Assembly (NCBI GenBank): GCA_963828165.1
Contig: CAWHDR010000001.1
Coordinates: 544,001-608,000 of the forward strand
Direction: 5' to 3'
Length of the DNA stretch: 64,000 nt
Source of the DNA: an uncultured Chloroflexia bacterium
GTDB lineage: Bacteria; Chloroflexota; Limnocylindria; Limnocylindrales; CSP1-4
The notes beneath the pieces are model-generated. The model was given only the letters and a program-made list of their open reading frames with translations. It did no database searches and was not told where the DNA came from. This document shows positions 50,907 through 60,994 of this stretch, one piece after another; position 1 is the stretch's first letter; every line of letters begins with the position of its first letter. The position numbers were made by a program, and so were the translations under genes.

Positions 50907-51236
50907 ATGGGTGCTGTCGAGACGATGGAAGACTTCTTCGAGAAGCTGAACAGCGGTGACCGCGAGGGTGCGGTCGCGCTCATGGACGAGAAGACCGAGA
51001 TGCGAGTGCATGTCGGTGACAGCGTCCAGATGCTGCGCGGCGTGGAGCGCGTCGGAGGCTGGTTCCTGCGCGGCGACGCCGGCCTGCGGATGATCCCGGG
51101 CGGGATCCGCGACACCGGGAACACCTACGAGGCGGACCTGCTGGTAGTGCGGCCGGGGGCGCCCACCCAGCACATCGACGCGACGTTCCGCGTGGAGGCC
51201 GGGCGGATCACGGCCATCAACATCGCGCCTCGCTAG
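50907..51236 (+). CDS. SnoaL/NTF2-like small protein
   Basis: FFEKLNSGDREGAVALM...FRVEAGRITAI. Confidence 0.75.
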   Translation: MGAVETMEDFFEKLNSGDREGAVALMDEKTEMRVHVGDSVQMLRGVERVGGWFLRGDAGLRMIPGGIRDTGNTYEADLLVVRPGAPTQHIDATFRVEAGRITAINIAPR

Positions 51237-51269
51237 CGGGGCTCCTGCGCGCCCGCCGCGCGGCCAGCG

Positions 51270-52580
51270 TCAAGTCGCCGGCGACTCCGAGGCACTCCCG
51301 CCGTCCACCTCGTCCGTGGTCGGTACCGGGATGACGATCTCATCGCCCACCGCGATCCGGTCCGGATCCGTGATGGTCTCCGTGTTCGCGGCGAGCAACT
51401 CATCGAGCGTCAACCCGAACGAGCGCGCCACCTTCGAGAGGGTGTCGCCCTCCTTGATCACGTAGACCTGGGGGGTCGGCGCCGGGGGTGGGGTCGGTTC
51501 GGGCGTCGGGGTCGCTACCGCAGCGGTCGGGCTCGGGGTCGGGTCGGCGTCGCCGTCCCCGCCGACCCCGAAGAGCGCGGGCAGGAAGAACAGCGCCAGT
51601 GCCGCGATGGCCAGGGCTCCGGCGAGCACGGCCACCCTGGGCAACCCCGACATGCTCGGCATGGATCGACCGGGCCGGATCTGCGGATAGGCCTCCAGGC
51701 GTCGCTGGCCTTCCCAGGCCGGCCCGTCGGCGCGCCCGCGTTCGCGCTCTCTCTCGCGCTGTTCGCGTTCGCGTTCCCGATCCCGGTCGCGCGTGGAGCT
51801 GACGCTCGGGGGGCGGCCTGAGCGGGCGACCGGCGCCAAACCGTCACGTTCCGGACCGGAGCCGGTGCGACCGGTTCTCCCGACGAGACCCGCGAGCTCC
51901 GGATCGGCGGGGGCCGACGGATGATCCCTGGGTGGTCGACCGAGGGGCTCATCGTCCAGATCTGGGTCGACGGCGCCGACGTCACGCGCGAGTCGATCGG
52001 CAGCGCTGCCGGCCAGCCCGCGTCCCTCCTCATGACGCGGCGCCAGGAAGCCAGGTTCGCCCCGTGATGACTCCGGCCCAGCGGCACCGGCCGCCCCAGC
52101 GCCACCAGCCGCGGCACTCCCGGCAGCGCCGGCCAGGCCAGCCGCGCCGGGCGCCCAGGGCGGCGGCGCGGCCCAGTCACGCGGCGGGTTTCGCCGCGGA
52201 CGTTCCTCGATCGGACGCTCGTCGTGCCGGTGCTCCCACGGATCGTCCTCGGGGTCGGACGTGCCGTCGCCGGGCGCGTTCGCCGATTCGGGGTCGGGAG
52301 CCATCACCGTGGCACCTGCCGGTGTCGGAGTCGGCGTCCCACCGGCTCGGGCGTGCGCGGCCTCGCGCCGGGCCCACTCCTGGAACGTCGGGCAGACCGG
52401 GAACGCACTCGAAAGGCAGTACGCCTCCTGGTGCGCCAGCGCGCGCGGAGCGGGGTCAGGCTCCGCATAGCAGCGGTGGCGGTGATCCGGTCGGTCGGCG
52501 CGTTCGTCCCGCTCGTCCTCGAACGCTACGAACGGACACGCCGGCGAAGCATCGGCACTGGGCAGCCCACGCTCGGTCAT
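51270..52580 (-). CDS. Membrane-anchored LysM protein with Cys-rich cytoplasmic N-terminus
   Basis: CPF...HRC...YCL...CP N-terminus, TM helix, YVIKEGDTLSKVARSFG LysM. Confidence 0.85.
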   Translation of the reverse strand: MTERGLPSADASPACPFVAFEDERDERADRPDHRHRCYAEPDPAPRALAHQEAYCLSSAFPVCPTFQEWARREAAHARAGGTPTPTPAGATVMAPDPESANAPGDGTSDPEDDPWEHRHDERPIEERPRRNPPRDWAAPPPWAPGAAGLAGAAGSAAAGGAGAAGAAGPESSRGEPGFLAPRHEEGRGLAGSAADRLARDVGAVDPDLDDEPLGRPPRDHPSAPADPELAGLVGRTGRTGSGPERDGLAPVARSGRPPSVSSTRDRDREREREQRERERERGRADGPAWEGQRRLEAYPQIRPGRSMPSMSGLPRVAVLAGALAIAALALFFLPALFGVGGDGDADPTPSPTAAVATPTPEPTPPPAPTPQVYVIKEGDTLSKVARSFGLTLDELLAANTETITDPDRIAVGDEIVIPVPTTDEVDGGSASESPAT

Positions 52581-52728
52581 CGCCGCGATGATACCCGGGG
52601 CGCCCATCGGCGGTGCTCGGCGCGCGCGGATCCGCTGCGCATTTGACATGCCCGACAGAGGCTCGGACACTTCGAGCCATCCCCCGAGGCGATACGGTGA
52701 AGCCGCATCCCCAGTGCGAAGGAGTCCC

Positions 52729-53160
52729 ATGTCTCGCTTGACCCGTTGGCTCGCGCCGACCACCACTGCCCGTGCCCATTGCGACCTGCCCTGCGGCGTG
52801 TACGACCCGGAGCAGGCCCGCATCGAGGCCGAGTCCTGCCACAAGATCAACGAGAAGTACGCGGCCAACGAGGACACGACGTTCCGAACACGCGCCGTCG
52901 CGATCAAGGAAGAGCGCGCGGAGCTCGTCAAGCACCACCTCGACGTCCTGTGGCACGACTACTTCAAGCCCGAGCACCTCGACAAGGTCCCGAACCTGCA
53001 TGAGCTGTTCTGGAACGCGACCAAGCAGGTCTCGAAGGTGAAGGCCTCCACGGACGCCGCCGACTCGAAGAAGCTGCTCGACATGATCGACGAGATCGAT
53101 GCGGCCTGGAAGGCGACCGGTGGCGCCGAAAAGACCCGCGTCGCGGGACGCCCCGCCTGA
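52729..53160 (+). CDS. sodN: Nickel superoxide dismutase precursor
   Basis: Leader followed by the Ni-hook HCDLPCGVYDP; LWHDYFKP; AAGGAG RBS. Confidence 0.97.
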   Translation: MSRLTRWLAPTTTARAHCDLPCGVYDPEQARIEAESCHKINEKYAANEDTTFRTRAVAIKEERAELVKHHLDVLWHDYFKPEHLDKVPNLHELFWNATKQVSKVKASTDAADSKKLLDMIDEIDAAWKATGGAEKTRVAGRPA

Positions 53161-53633
53161 CGCTCGGCCGCGTCCTCTCGCGCATCCCGAGGCCCCGCCG
53201 GTCGGCGGGGCCTCGTCGCACCGAGCGCTTCTGGCATCGCCTGCGAGGACCGTGGCGGATCGCGATCGCACAGGCGAGCATGGAGCCCACGCTCGCGACC
53301 GGGGACTGGCTTCTCGTCGACCCCACGACGAACCGATGGCCCAAGCGCGGCTCCATCGTCGCCTTCCACGAACCTGACGGCGGCGCCTTGTCGGTGAAGC
53401 GGGTTGCGGCCCGCCCCGGCGATCGGGTCCCGTTCGAAAGCGGGTATCTCGAACTGGCGGACGACGAAGCCTGGCTGACCGCCGACGCTTCCGAGGAAGT
53501 CACTGCTGAGGCCGGTTTCGGGCCGCCGATCGACTCGCGCCGCTACGGCCCAGTACCCGTCGCGCTCCTCGTCGGGCGGGTGTGGTTCCGCTACGGACCG
53601 TGGCGCCGCATCGGACGGCTGCCGCCCGGTTGA
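53157..53633 (+). CDS. sodX: S26-family Ni-SOD maturation protease (start uncertain)
   Basis: SMEPTLATGDWLLV, VKRV and DSRRYGPV motifs; adjacent to sodN. Confidence 0.8.
   Translation: MTLGRVLSRIPRPRRSAGPRRTERFWHRLRGPWRIAIAQASMEPTLATGDWLLVDPTTNRWPKRGSIVAFHEPDGGALSVKRVAARPGDRVPFESGYLELADDEAWLTADASEEVTAEAGFGPPIDSRRYGPVPVALLVGRVWFRYGPWRRIGRLPPG
53189..53214 (+). terminator. GC-rich hairpin after sodN
   Basis: GAGGCCCCGCCG-GT-CGGCGGGGCCTC; no U-tract. Confidence 0.5.
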
Positions 53634-53713
53634 CCATCGGGTGGGTTGGACGGCCCTCCAGGTAGGGCCTAGGCTGGTACGACCAACGCCTTCCTCAAGG
53701 GGAACACCCACTC

Positions 53714-54430
53714 ATGACCTTCCAGACACGGCGCCTCGGTGGCGCCCTTTCGATCATGCTGCTCGCGGTCGCGCTTGCGGCGTGCGGCGGCTCGACGCCG
53801 TCGGCTTCGGCTGGCCCCACGGGCGTGGTGACACCGGCCCCCGCGTCGGTGGAACCGGCCGGCTCACCCGATGCCTCGCCGTCGGTCGCTGCCGCGGCGA
53901 CCCCCGGCAGCGACCTCGCGACGACCGGCCGCATCGAGGTCGCCGACAAGGGCTTCGCGGTGACCCTGCCCGATGGCTGGACCCGCGTCGACGTCACGCC
54001 GGAGGAGCTGGAAGCGGCCATGGCCGCAAGCGAGCTCGATCCAGAATTGGCCGCGCAGTATTCGGCCCAGATCAAGGCGCTACTCGGGACCGGACTCTCG
54101 ATCTTCGCATTCGGTCCGGACCCGTCCGCCGGGACGCAGGTCACGGTCCTCGCGCTCCCGACCATGGGACTGAGCCTGGATCTCCTGGATCAGATCAATA
54201 CCGCCCAGCTGGAGCAGCTTGCCGAGGGCGAGATCGAGTCCGAGCGGATCAAGCTCCCGGCTGGCGATGCCATCCACTACCACTACGCGCTCGGCGCGGG
54301 GGTCACTGAAGGCGCCACGCTCGACCAGTACTTCATCCTCGCCGGCACGAACCAGCTCGTCGTCACCGCGACGAATGCCAGCCCGGAGGACGCCGCGGCG
54401 ATCGCGAATTCGGTCGAGAACCTCGACTAG
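53714..54430 (+). CDS. Lipoprotein
   Basis: LAAC lipobox, Pro/Ser/Ala linker, FAVTLPDGW. Confidence 0.8.
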   Translation: MTFQTRRLGGALSIMLLAVALAACGGSTPSASAGPTGVVTPAPASVEPAGSPDASPSVAAAATPGSDLATTGRIEVADKGFAVTLPDGWTRVDVTPEELEAAMAASELDPELAAQYSAQIKALLGTGLSIFAFGPDPSAGTQVTVLALPTMGLSLDLLDQINTAQLEQLAEGEIESERIKLPAGDAIHYHYALGAGVTEGATLDQYFILAGTNQLVVTATNASPEDAAAIANSVENLD

Positions 54431-55327
54431 GCGGGAACGCGGCCTTCTAGCGTGACCCCGGCCGCCTCGCAATCGGCGGCGAAGGCCGCCTGCGCATCGA
54501 GCGTGGGCGACCAGCGCGTCGGGAACGCGACCAGGCGGTCGAGCCCGATCTCCGCAAGGCGAGCGATACGGTCCACTCGGACCCGACCCGGCGTCGCGCA
54601 TCTGCTCATCGCGCGCGTACAGCGAGAAGCGCAAGGTCGCCGGGTCGCGACCTTCGGTCTCGCAGCGTTCGCGCACGTGGCGCATGCGGTCGACGATGTC
54701 ATCGGGCTCGAGGAAGACGTAGTTGAGCTCGTCCGCGTAGCGGATGGCATACCCGGCCGTGACGCGCGGCCCGTTGCCGCCGACGATGATCGGGATGCGC
54801 GGCTCCTGGATGCCACGCGGCTCGTTGATCGCCGCGCGGACATGGGCGTAGCGACCCTCGTGGGTGGCGCGTCCCGGTGCGAACATCTCCGTGATCACCG
54901 CCAGGTGGTCGCCGAGAACGGCGAGCCGTTCAGCGAGCGGCGGGAAGCCGTAGCCGAATGCCCGCCACTCGTCTTCCTTCCACCCGGCGCCGATACCCAG
55001 CTCGAAGCGACCGCCGCTGATGACGTCGATCGTCGACGATTGCTTGGCCGTCAGCGCCGGATTGCGGAATCCGGTGCACACGACCATGTGGCCGATTCGG
55101 ACGCGTTCGGTGCTGACCGCCAGCGCGGCGAGGACGGCGAACGATTCGAACGTCATCTCGTCTTTCGGCTCGGGCACCGTGTGGAAGTGATCGAAGACCC
55201 ACAGGGACTCGAAGCCAAGTGATTCGGCCTGCTCGGCGAGCTGGATCGTCCGGGCCCATCCGTCCGCCGGCCGCCAGCCGTCGTACTCGCCCTTCCAGCC
55301 CTGCGGAGCCATGAGACCGACCTGCAT
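54427..55327 (-). CDS. LLM-class (F420-dependent-type) oxidoreductase, frameshift at about 54590
   Basis: ESLWVFDHF, FRNPAL and ISGGRFELGIGAGW motifs. Confidence 0.88.
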
Positions 55328-55456
55328 CCGTGCCTCCAGTACGTGCTTTCGTTGACGACGCAATGGTGACGGGTCAGGACGATCCACGCGCCCACGGTCC
55401 GTCGCGTCTCACGGGTCGTCCGGGTCCGCGACCCGGGTGACGCCTATGCTCCTCCG

Positions 55457-56713
55457 ATGAGCACAGCCACCTTCGACCCCACGGCCCCGCTTCCCGGCCC
55501 GCCGGAACCCTGGCGTTCCAGCTCGCAGCCCAGTGCACGCGGGGCGCCGCCCTTCCACATGACCGAGATGATCGAGGCCGAGCCGGCGCTCGCGGAACGG
55601 ATCCTCCAGCGCAACGCCGCACCCGGGAGCGGGGCCGCGGAGCTGGCACGCGCCATCCGCGCCGCGATCCGTGTCGGAGACCCGGTCGTGCTCACCGGCT
55701 GCGGAACGTCCGAGCACGCCGCCCAAGGCGTCGCCGAGATCCTGCGCGAGGCCATCCGGGCGTCCGACATCCGGGCACCGGGTCACGCCACGCGACTGGA
55801 AGCGGTCGTTGCCCAGGCGTTCGAGCTCGCCCTGGATCCGCCCAGGAGCGGCCTGGTGATCGGGGTGTCGCATGAGGGCGGCACGACGGCGACCAACGCG
55901 GCATTGACGGCCGGCAAGGATGCCGGGGCCCGCACGGCCATCATCACCGTGAGCGATCGATCGCCGGGTGCGGACCTGGCCGACATCGTCGTCGAGACCG
56001 AAGAGCTCGACCAGGGCTGGTGCCACACGGTCGGCTACGTCAGCCCGCTCGTTGCCGCCGCGGCGATCGGGGCGCACCTGGCGAAGCGGCCGGTCGACGC
56101 GGAACTCGGCACGGCCGTCAGGGACCTGCTCCAGGCGGGCGTGGACCGCGCGTCGATCGCCGAATCGGTAGCAGGCCGGCTCGGCTCCGCCCGCCCGATC
56201 CTCGTGGTCGCGTCGGGCGCCGATCGGCCCGCCGGCCGCGAGCTGGTCCTGAAGATCGAGGAGGGAGCCTGGATCCCGGCGGCCTACCGCGACCTGGAGA
56301 CGTTCCTCCACGGCCATCTCGCCGCGACCGACGAGGGGACGGGGCTGGTGCTGGTGCTGACCGACCGGGACCGCCGGGAGGATCGCCTTGAACGAGCAAG
56401 CGGCACCCTCCGGGCCGCCCAGGTGATCGGCATGGAGGCGGCGGCGATCGTCACGGCCGACATCGCCGCCGAGCTACCGACCGAGCTCACCCCCGCCGGG
56501 CGGATCGTCGTTCCGGAGGCGCCGACGCTCCCCTCCCCGGTCGCCGCACTGCTGGGCAGCGCCACCCCGCTGCAGCTCCTCACCGAGCGCCTCGCCCGAG
56601 TCCGCGGCGTCGACCCCGACGCGATCCACCGAGACGTCGAGAAATACCGGCTCGCCGCTGACGCGGCGGACGCGCCCGAAGCGGCAAAGCCCGGGGACCC
56701 TTCGGCCGGCTGA
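55457..56713 (+). CDS. Double SIS-domain sugar-phosphate isomerase (GlmS C-terminal-like)
   Basis: LTGCGTSEHA, VSHEGGT, LKIEE and ETFLHGH motifs. Confidence 0.85.
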   Translation: MSTATFDPTAPLPGPPEPWRSSSQPSARGAPPFHMTEMIEAEPALAERILQRNAAPGSGAAELARAIRAAIRVGDPVVLTGCGTSEHAAQGVAEILREAIRASDIRAPGHATRLEAVVAQAFELALDPPRSGLVIGVSHEGGTTATNAALTAGKDAGARTAIITVSDRSPGADLADIVVETEELDQGWCHTVGYVSPLVAAAAIGAHLAKRPVDAELGTAVRDLLQAGVDRASIAESVAGRLGSARPILVVASGADRPAGRELVLKIEEGAWIPAAYRDLETFLHGHLAATDEGTGLVLVLTDRDRREDRLERASGTLRAAQVIGMEAAAIVTADIAAELPTELTPAGRIVVPEAPTLPSPVAALLGSATPLQLLTERLARVRGVDPDAIHRDVEKYRLAADAADAPEAAKPGDPSAG

Positions 56714-56752
56714 TGACGGTGCCCGGTCCGCAAGACCCCGGCCATCGGTAGG

Positions 56753-56927
56753 CATGTCAGCCCGAGGCACGATCGTCGACAGACGCCTCGTGACCGATCG
56801 CGTTCGTAGGCCGTTCCTAACCCGCCGAGCAACGGTTCACACGCACTCGTGCCGAGATCGTGCTGGGGCTGACACGGTAGGCCGCTCCGCGCAGGCCCGT
56901 AGAGCTGGTGTGCCTGGGGCTGACATG
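56753..56927. repeat. REP-like element: three copies of GTGC(C)TSGGGCTGACAYG, the first inverted
   Basis: Copies at 56753-56774 (-), 56856-56876 (+) and 56910-56927 (+), between convergent genes. Confidence 0.6.
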
Positions 56928-56946
56928 GGGCACGGGTGAGGTCGGG

Positions 56947-57933
56947 TCAGGCCCTGCCCACCAATTCCTCCCCCATGACGTCGATGTGATCCAGGTCCCA
57001 CGGCAAGAAATCCTGGAGCATGATTCGCTCGAGACCCGCCTCGGCGAATCGCTTGAGCTGCTCGCGCGCCTGATCGGGCGTGCCGTAGACCCAGCGGTTG
57101 CGGCGCTCCTCCAGCCAGGCCTCGCCAGCCTCCATGTCCTCCCCGAACGCCTTGACCAGGTCGCGTTCGCGCCCTTCGAGCTCGTCCTGGTCGCGACCGA
57201 CCAGCACGCCCGCCATCGTCGATCGCGCAAGCGTCGATGGGTCGCGATCGATCGCCCGACAGGCCTCGTCGAGTTTCCCGTTTACCTCGATCGCCTTGTC
57301 CGGCGACGACGAACTCAGGTTGAACTCGTCCGCGTAGCGCGCGGCGAGGCGATACGAGCGGGGTGAGCCCTGGCCGCCCACGATGATCCGGGGCCGAGCG
57401 CCACCGGCCGGCGTGCGCGGCCGGCCCGCGACGTCCACGGGCCGTGGCCGGAAAATGGCGCCCTTGAGCTGGATCCCCGTGATGCCCTCGTACGACCACC
57501 CATCCGGCTCGCCCCACAATCCGTGCAGGATCGCCAGCTGATCCTCCATGAGATCGGCCCGCTCCTTGATGGGTGGGAATGCGAGGCCCAGCTGCTCGTG
57601 CTCGAGCGCGTTCCATCCCGCTCCCACGCCGACCTCGATCCGGCCGCCGCTCATCTCGTCGACGGTGGTCACGACCTTGGCGAAGGTGCCCGGGTGGCGG
57701 AACGTCACGGGCGACACGAGGACGCCCAGCCCGATGCGCTGGGTCTCACGTGCGAGTCCGGCGACGACGGACCACGCGTCCGTACTCGGCTGGCCCGCCG
57801 GCCCCGGAAAGCTCGCGAAATGGTCCGCCCGGAGATAGGCGTCAAAACCATTGGCCTCGGCACGCTTTGCGACGGCGAGCTGGTCGGCATAGCTCATGCC
57901 CTGCTGGGGCTCGGTCATCAGGGTGTATCGCAT
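56947..57933 (-). CDS. LLM-class F420-dependent-type oxidoreductase
   Basis: EPQQG, RADHF, VTFRHPG and SGGRIEVGVGAGW motifs. Confidence 0.9.
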   Translation of the reverse strand: MRYTLMTEPQQGMSYADQLAVAKRAEANGFDAYLRADHFASFPGPAGQPSTDAWSVVAGLARETQRIGLGVLVSPVTFRHPGTFAKVVTTVDEMSGGRIEVGVGAGWNALEHEQLGLAFPPIKERADLMEDQLAILHGLWGEPDGWSYEGITGIQLKGAIFRPRPVDVAGRPRTPAGGARPRIIVGGQGSPRSYRLAARYADEFNLSSSSPDKAIEVNGKLDEACRAIDRDPSTLARSTMAGVLVGRDQDELEGRERDLVKAFGEDMEAGEAWLEERRNRWVYGTPDQAREQLKRFAEAGLERIMLQDFLPWDLDHIDVMGEELVGRA

Positions 57934-57967
57934 GCGGGACTCCTGCATTCGGTGTCAACGATCAAGG

Positions 57968-57996
57968 TTGACACGATGATTCACTCCGATTAGATT
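57968..57996 (+). promoter_or_regulatory. Sigma70-type promoter of marR (leaderless)
   Basis: TTGACA-17 nt-TAGATT, 6 nt before GTG 58003. The -35 lies within the palindrome GTGTCAAC-N7-GTTGACAC. Confidence 0.75.
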
Positions 57997-58002
57997 GTTC
58001 AC

Positions 58003-58614
58003 GTGGTACGAACTAATCAGGCGACGTCCGGCACCGCCCCCGCCCGCACGGTCGCGGACGACCCATACGCCCCAATCATCGCCGACTTCCGGGCCGCGAT
58101 GAACCAGGTCAAATGCGCATCCAGCGAACGACTGGTCCGGATGGGCGTGAGCATGGCCCAGGTCCACATCATGTACACGCTCCAGCGCAACGGCGAGATG
58201 CCGATGAGCCGGCTGGCGGATGTGCTCCAGGTCTCCTTGTCGAATGCGACGGGCTTGATCGATCGCATCGAGGAGCGCGGTTTCGTCGAACGGACCCGGG
58301 TGCCGGAGGACCGCCGCGTCGTGATGATCCGGGTGACCGACGCAGGCCGCCGGATGCTCGACGAGGTCGATGCCATCAGCTCGGACCTGCTTCGCTCGGT
58401 CTTCGGACGAATCGGACGGTCCCAGGTGGCCGCGGTCGGCCGGGCCATCGCCGAGCTTCGCCGTGGACTCGAGGAGACGACCGGGGTGCCATCCGATCCC
58501 CATGCGCTCTCCATCCCCGCTCCACGATCCGCCACCAGCATCCGCGGTGCCGACCGCACCCCCGCAGCGCCGAACGACCGTCGCCCGGTCGTAGCGGCCT
58601 CAGCGAAGGACTGA
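58003..58614 (+). CDS. MarR-family regulator
   Basis: SNATGLIDRIEERGFVER..EDRRVV..TDAG. Confidence 0.92.
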   Translation: MVRTNQATSGTAPARTVADDPYAPIIADFRAAMNQVKCASSERLVRMGVSMAQVHIMYTLQRNGEMPMSRLADVLQVSLSNATGLIDRIEERGFVERTRVPEDRRVVMIRVTDAGRRMLDEVDAISSDLLRSVFGRIGRSQVAAVGRAIAELRRGLEETTGVPSDPHALSIPAPRSATSIRGADRTPAAPNDRRPVVAASAKD

Positions 58615-58617
58615 CCC

Positions 58618-60321
58618 ATGGAAAGCTTGCCCACCCACCCCGATTCGCCGAGCCTGGCGGAGGATCCCGCCCTCGGCTTGAGTCAGCGCGCGAAGATGGA
58701 GATCCTCTTCGCCGTCATGCTCGGGCTGTTCCTCGGAGCGCTCGACCAGACGATCGTGAGTCCGGCGCTACCGACGATCGCGACCGATCTGGCCGGTAAC
58801 GATCTCTACGTCTGGTCGATCACGATCTATCTCCTGACCAGCACGATCAGCGTTCCGTTCTGGGGCAAGCTGTCTGACCTGTACGGGCGCAAGCCGATCT
58901 TCATGATCGGCATCGTCATCTTCCTGATCGGCTCGGCGTTGTCCGGGCTCAGCCAGAACATGGGGATGCTCATCCTGTTCCGGGGCATCCAGGGCATCGG
59001 TGCCGGTTCGCTGTTCCCCGTAGCGCTCGCCATCATCGGCGACATGTTCACCCCCGCCGAACGCGGCAAGTACCAGGGGTTGTTCGGAGCCGTCTTCGGG
59101 ATCGCGTTCGTCGTGGGCCCGCTGGTTGGCGGCTTCCTGACCGAGCAGGTCAGCTGGCATTGGATCTTCTACGTCAACATCCCCATCGGGCTCGTCGCGT
59201 TGCTCGTGATCCAGCGTCTGCTGCCGAACGTCAAGAAGGCGCAGGCAAGCCGCAACTTCGACATCCTGGGCGGTGCCATCTTCACGGTGGCCATCAGCCT
59301 GCTGCTCGTCGGTCTCACCAACAAGCAGTTCGGTGACTGGACCGATCCGACCGTCGGCGGTTTCATCCTCGCGGGCGTGCTCGGAACCGTGCTCTTCATC
59401 CTGGCCGAGGCGCGCGCCAGGGAGCCGATCATCCCGCTCGATCTGTTCCGGAACCGGACCTATTCGAGCTCCATGGTCTCGACGTTCTTCGCGAGCTTCG
59501 CGTTCTTCGCGGCGATCATCTTCCTGCCACGCTGGTTCCAGTTCGTCCACGGCTTCAGCCCGACGGACTCGGGTCTGGCAGCCTTGCCGCTGATGGTCGG
59601 GTTGATCTTCTCCTCGATCGTGTCGGGCCTGATCGTCTCCCGGACGGGCCGCTACAAGTGGCTCCTCGTCGGAGCGATCGCCGTCATGGGCGTGGCGACG
59701 GCCTTGATGACCCAGCTCACCGCCGATACCGAGCTCATCGTCGTGTGGTTCTGGATGTTCCTCGCCGGCCTGGGCGTGGGACCGACGTTCTCGGTGTTCA
59801 CGATCGTCGTCCAGAATGCGGTGCCGTTCAGCCAGCTCGGCGTGGCGACCTCCAACCTGACGTTCTTCCGCCAGATCGGTGGGTCCGTCGCGCTGGCGAT
59901 CGTCGGCACGATCTTCGGCTCGACCTTCCTCGAGCAGATGGGTCCGCAACTCACCGCGGCCGACGTACCGGCACCCGTCGTGGCCGGGTTCGGTCAGGCG
60001 ACGGCGACCGGCGCCATCGACTTCAACCAGCTGACCGGCGTGGGCGATCTCGGCGCGGCCATCCTCGCGGGCATCCCCGAAGCGTTCCGCGGCGCCGTCG
60101 AACCGTACATCGGGCAGATCGTCGCCGGCATCCACCAGGCCTTCAGTCTGGGCGTCGCGCAGACCTTCTGGATCGGCGTGGCAGCCACGGTCATCGCGGC
60201 CATCGCGGCGGCGTTCATGATCGAACACCCGCTGCGCGAGGACTCCCCCGTGGCTGCGGCCGGAACGGCCGACACCGAGAGTGGTCGATCGCTTCACCCG
60301 ACGGGTTCGCCCGCCGACTGA
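58618..60321 (+). CDS. DHA2 (EmrB/QacA-type) MFS efflux transporter
   Basis: LDQTIV, GKLSDLYGRK and WIFYVNIPIG motifs; about 14 TM helices. Confidence 0.93.
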   Translation: MESLPTHPDSPSLAEDPALGLSQRAKMEILFAVMLGLFLGALDQTIVSPALPTIATDLAGNDLYVWSITIYLLTSTISVPFWGKLSDLYGRKPIFMIGIVIFLIGSALSGLSQNMGMLILFRGIQGIGAGSLFPVALAIIGDMFTPAERGKYQGLFGAVFGIAFVVGPLVGGFLTEQVSWHWIFYVNIPIGLVALLVIQRLLPNVKKAQASRNFDILGGAIFTVAISLLLVGLTNKQFGDWTDPTVGGFILAGVLGTVLFILAEARAREPIIPLDLFRNRTYSSSMVSTFFASFAFFAAIIFLPRWFQFVHGFSPTDSGLAALPLMVGLIFSSIVSGLIVSRTGRYKWLLVGAIAVMGVATALMTQLTADTELIVVWFWMFLAGLGVGPTFSVFTIVVQNAVPFSQLGVATSNLTFFRQIGGSVALAIVGTIFGSTFLEQMGPQLTAADVPAPVVAGFGQATATGAIDFNQLTGVGDLGAAILAGIPEAFRGAVEPYIGQIVAGIHQAFSLGVAQTFWIGVAATVIAAIAAAFMIEHPLREDSPVAAAGTADTESGRSLHPTGSPAD

Positions 60322-60338
60322 CCCCGCTCCTCCTTGCT

Positions 60339-60374
60339 CGACGACCCCGGCGGTTGACCACCCCGGGGTCGTCG
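60339..60374 (+). terminator. Probable intrinsic terminator hairpin
   Basis: CGACGACCCCGG...CCGGGGTCGTCG followed by GTCATTT. Confidence 0.6.
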
Positions 60375-60400
60375 GTCATTTCGCGGGTAGCATTGCCGTC

Positions 60401-60880
60401 ATGCCCATGACACCGGCCGCCTTCCGACCCCGGTTGCAGGCCGCCGGCACGGCCGATGCAGCCTTCCACGCGATCTTAGGCGTGGGCGACTTGCCCGCGG
60501 GCTCCATGCGGCGCGTGACCCGAGGCGACCTGGACCTGGTGCTCGTCCACACGGACAAGGGTGTCTTCGCGACCGAGGATCGCTGCCCGCACATGTCAGC
60601 GCCGTTGTCGATCGGCATCCTCGATGGATGCATCATCCAGTGCCCGCTGCACGAGGGACGATTCGATCTGGAGAGCGGCGACCCCGCGCAGATGCCGACG
60701 ACCGGCGGACTCGATCCGGATGGCGTCTACCACCCGACCTGGTCGCCGGCCGGCCGGGATCCCAAGGTGGATCCGCCCGGCACCAAGGCCGAGGCTCGGC
60801 GCCTGACCCGCGTCCGCCGGTTTCGCTACTACCCCGTCCGCATCGTCGAGGACCGGATCGAGGTCGCGCTCCCGGTCTGA
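60401..60880 (+). CDS. Rieske [2Fe-2S] ferredoxin-like protein
   Basis: CPH and CPLH ligands; GRFDLESG. Confidence 0.9.
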   Translation: MPMTPAAFRPRLQAAGTADAAFHAILGVGDLPAGSMRRVTRGDLDLVLVHTDKGVFATEDRCPHMSAPLSIGILDGCIIQCPLHEGRFDLESGDPAQMPTTGGLDPDGVYHPTWSPAGRDPKVDPPGTKAEARRLTRVRRFRYYPVRIVEDRIEVALPV

Positions 60881-60994
60881 CGACCCCCTCGCCGTGACGT
60901 GATTTCCGGGCTAGCCCGGATGGCGGCGGCTCCAGTCCCGATGACCGTTACGAAACGGAGATGGCACGATCGCAGTCGAGATAGGGAGCCACGC

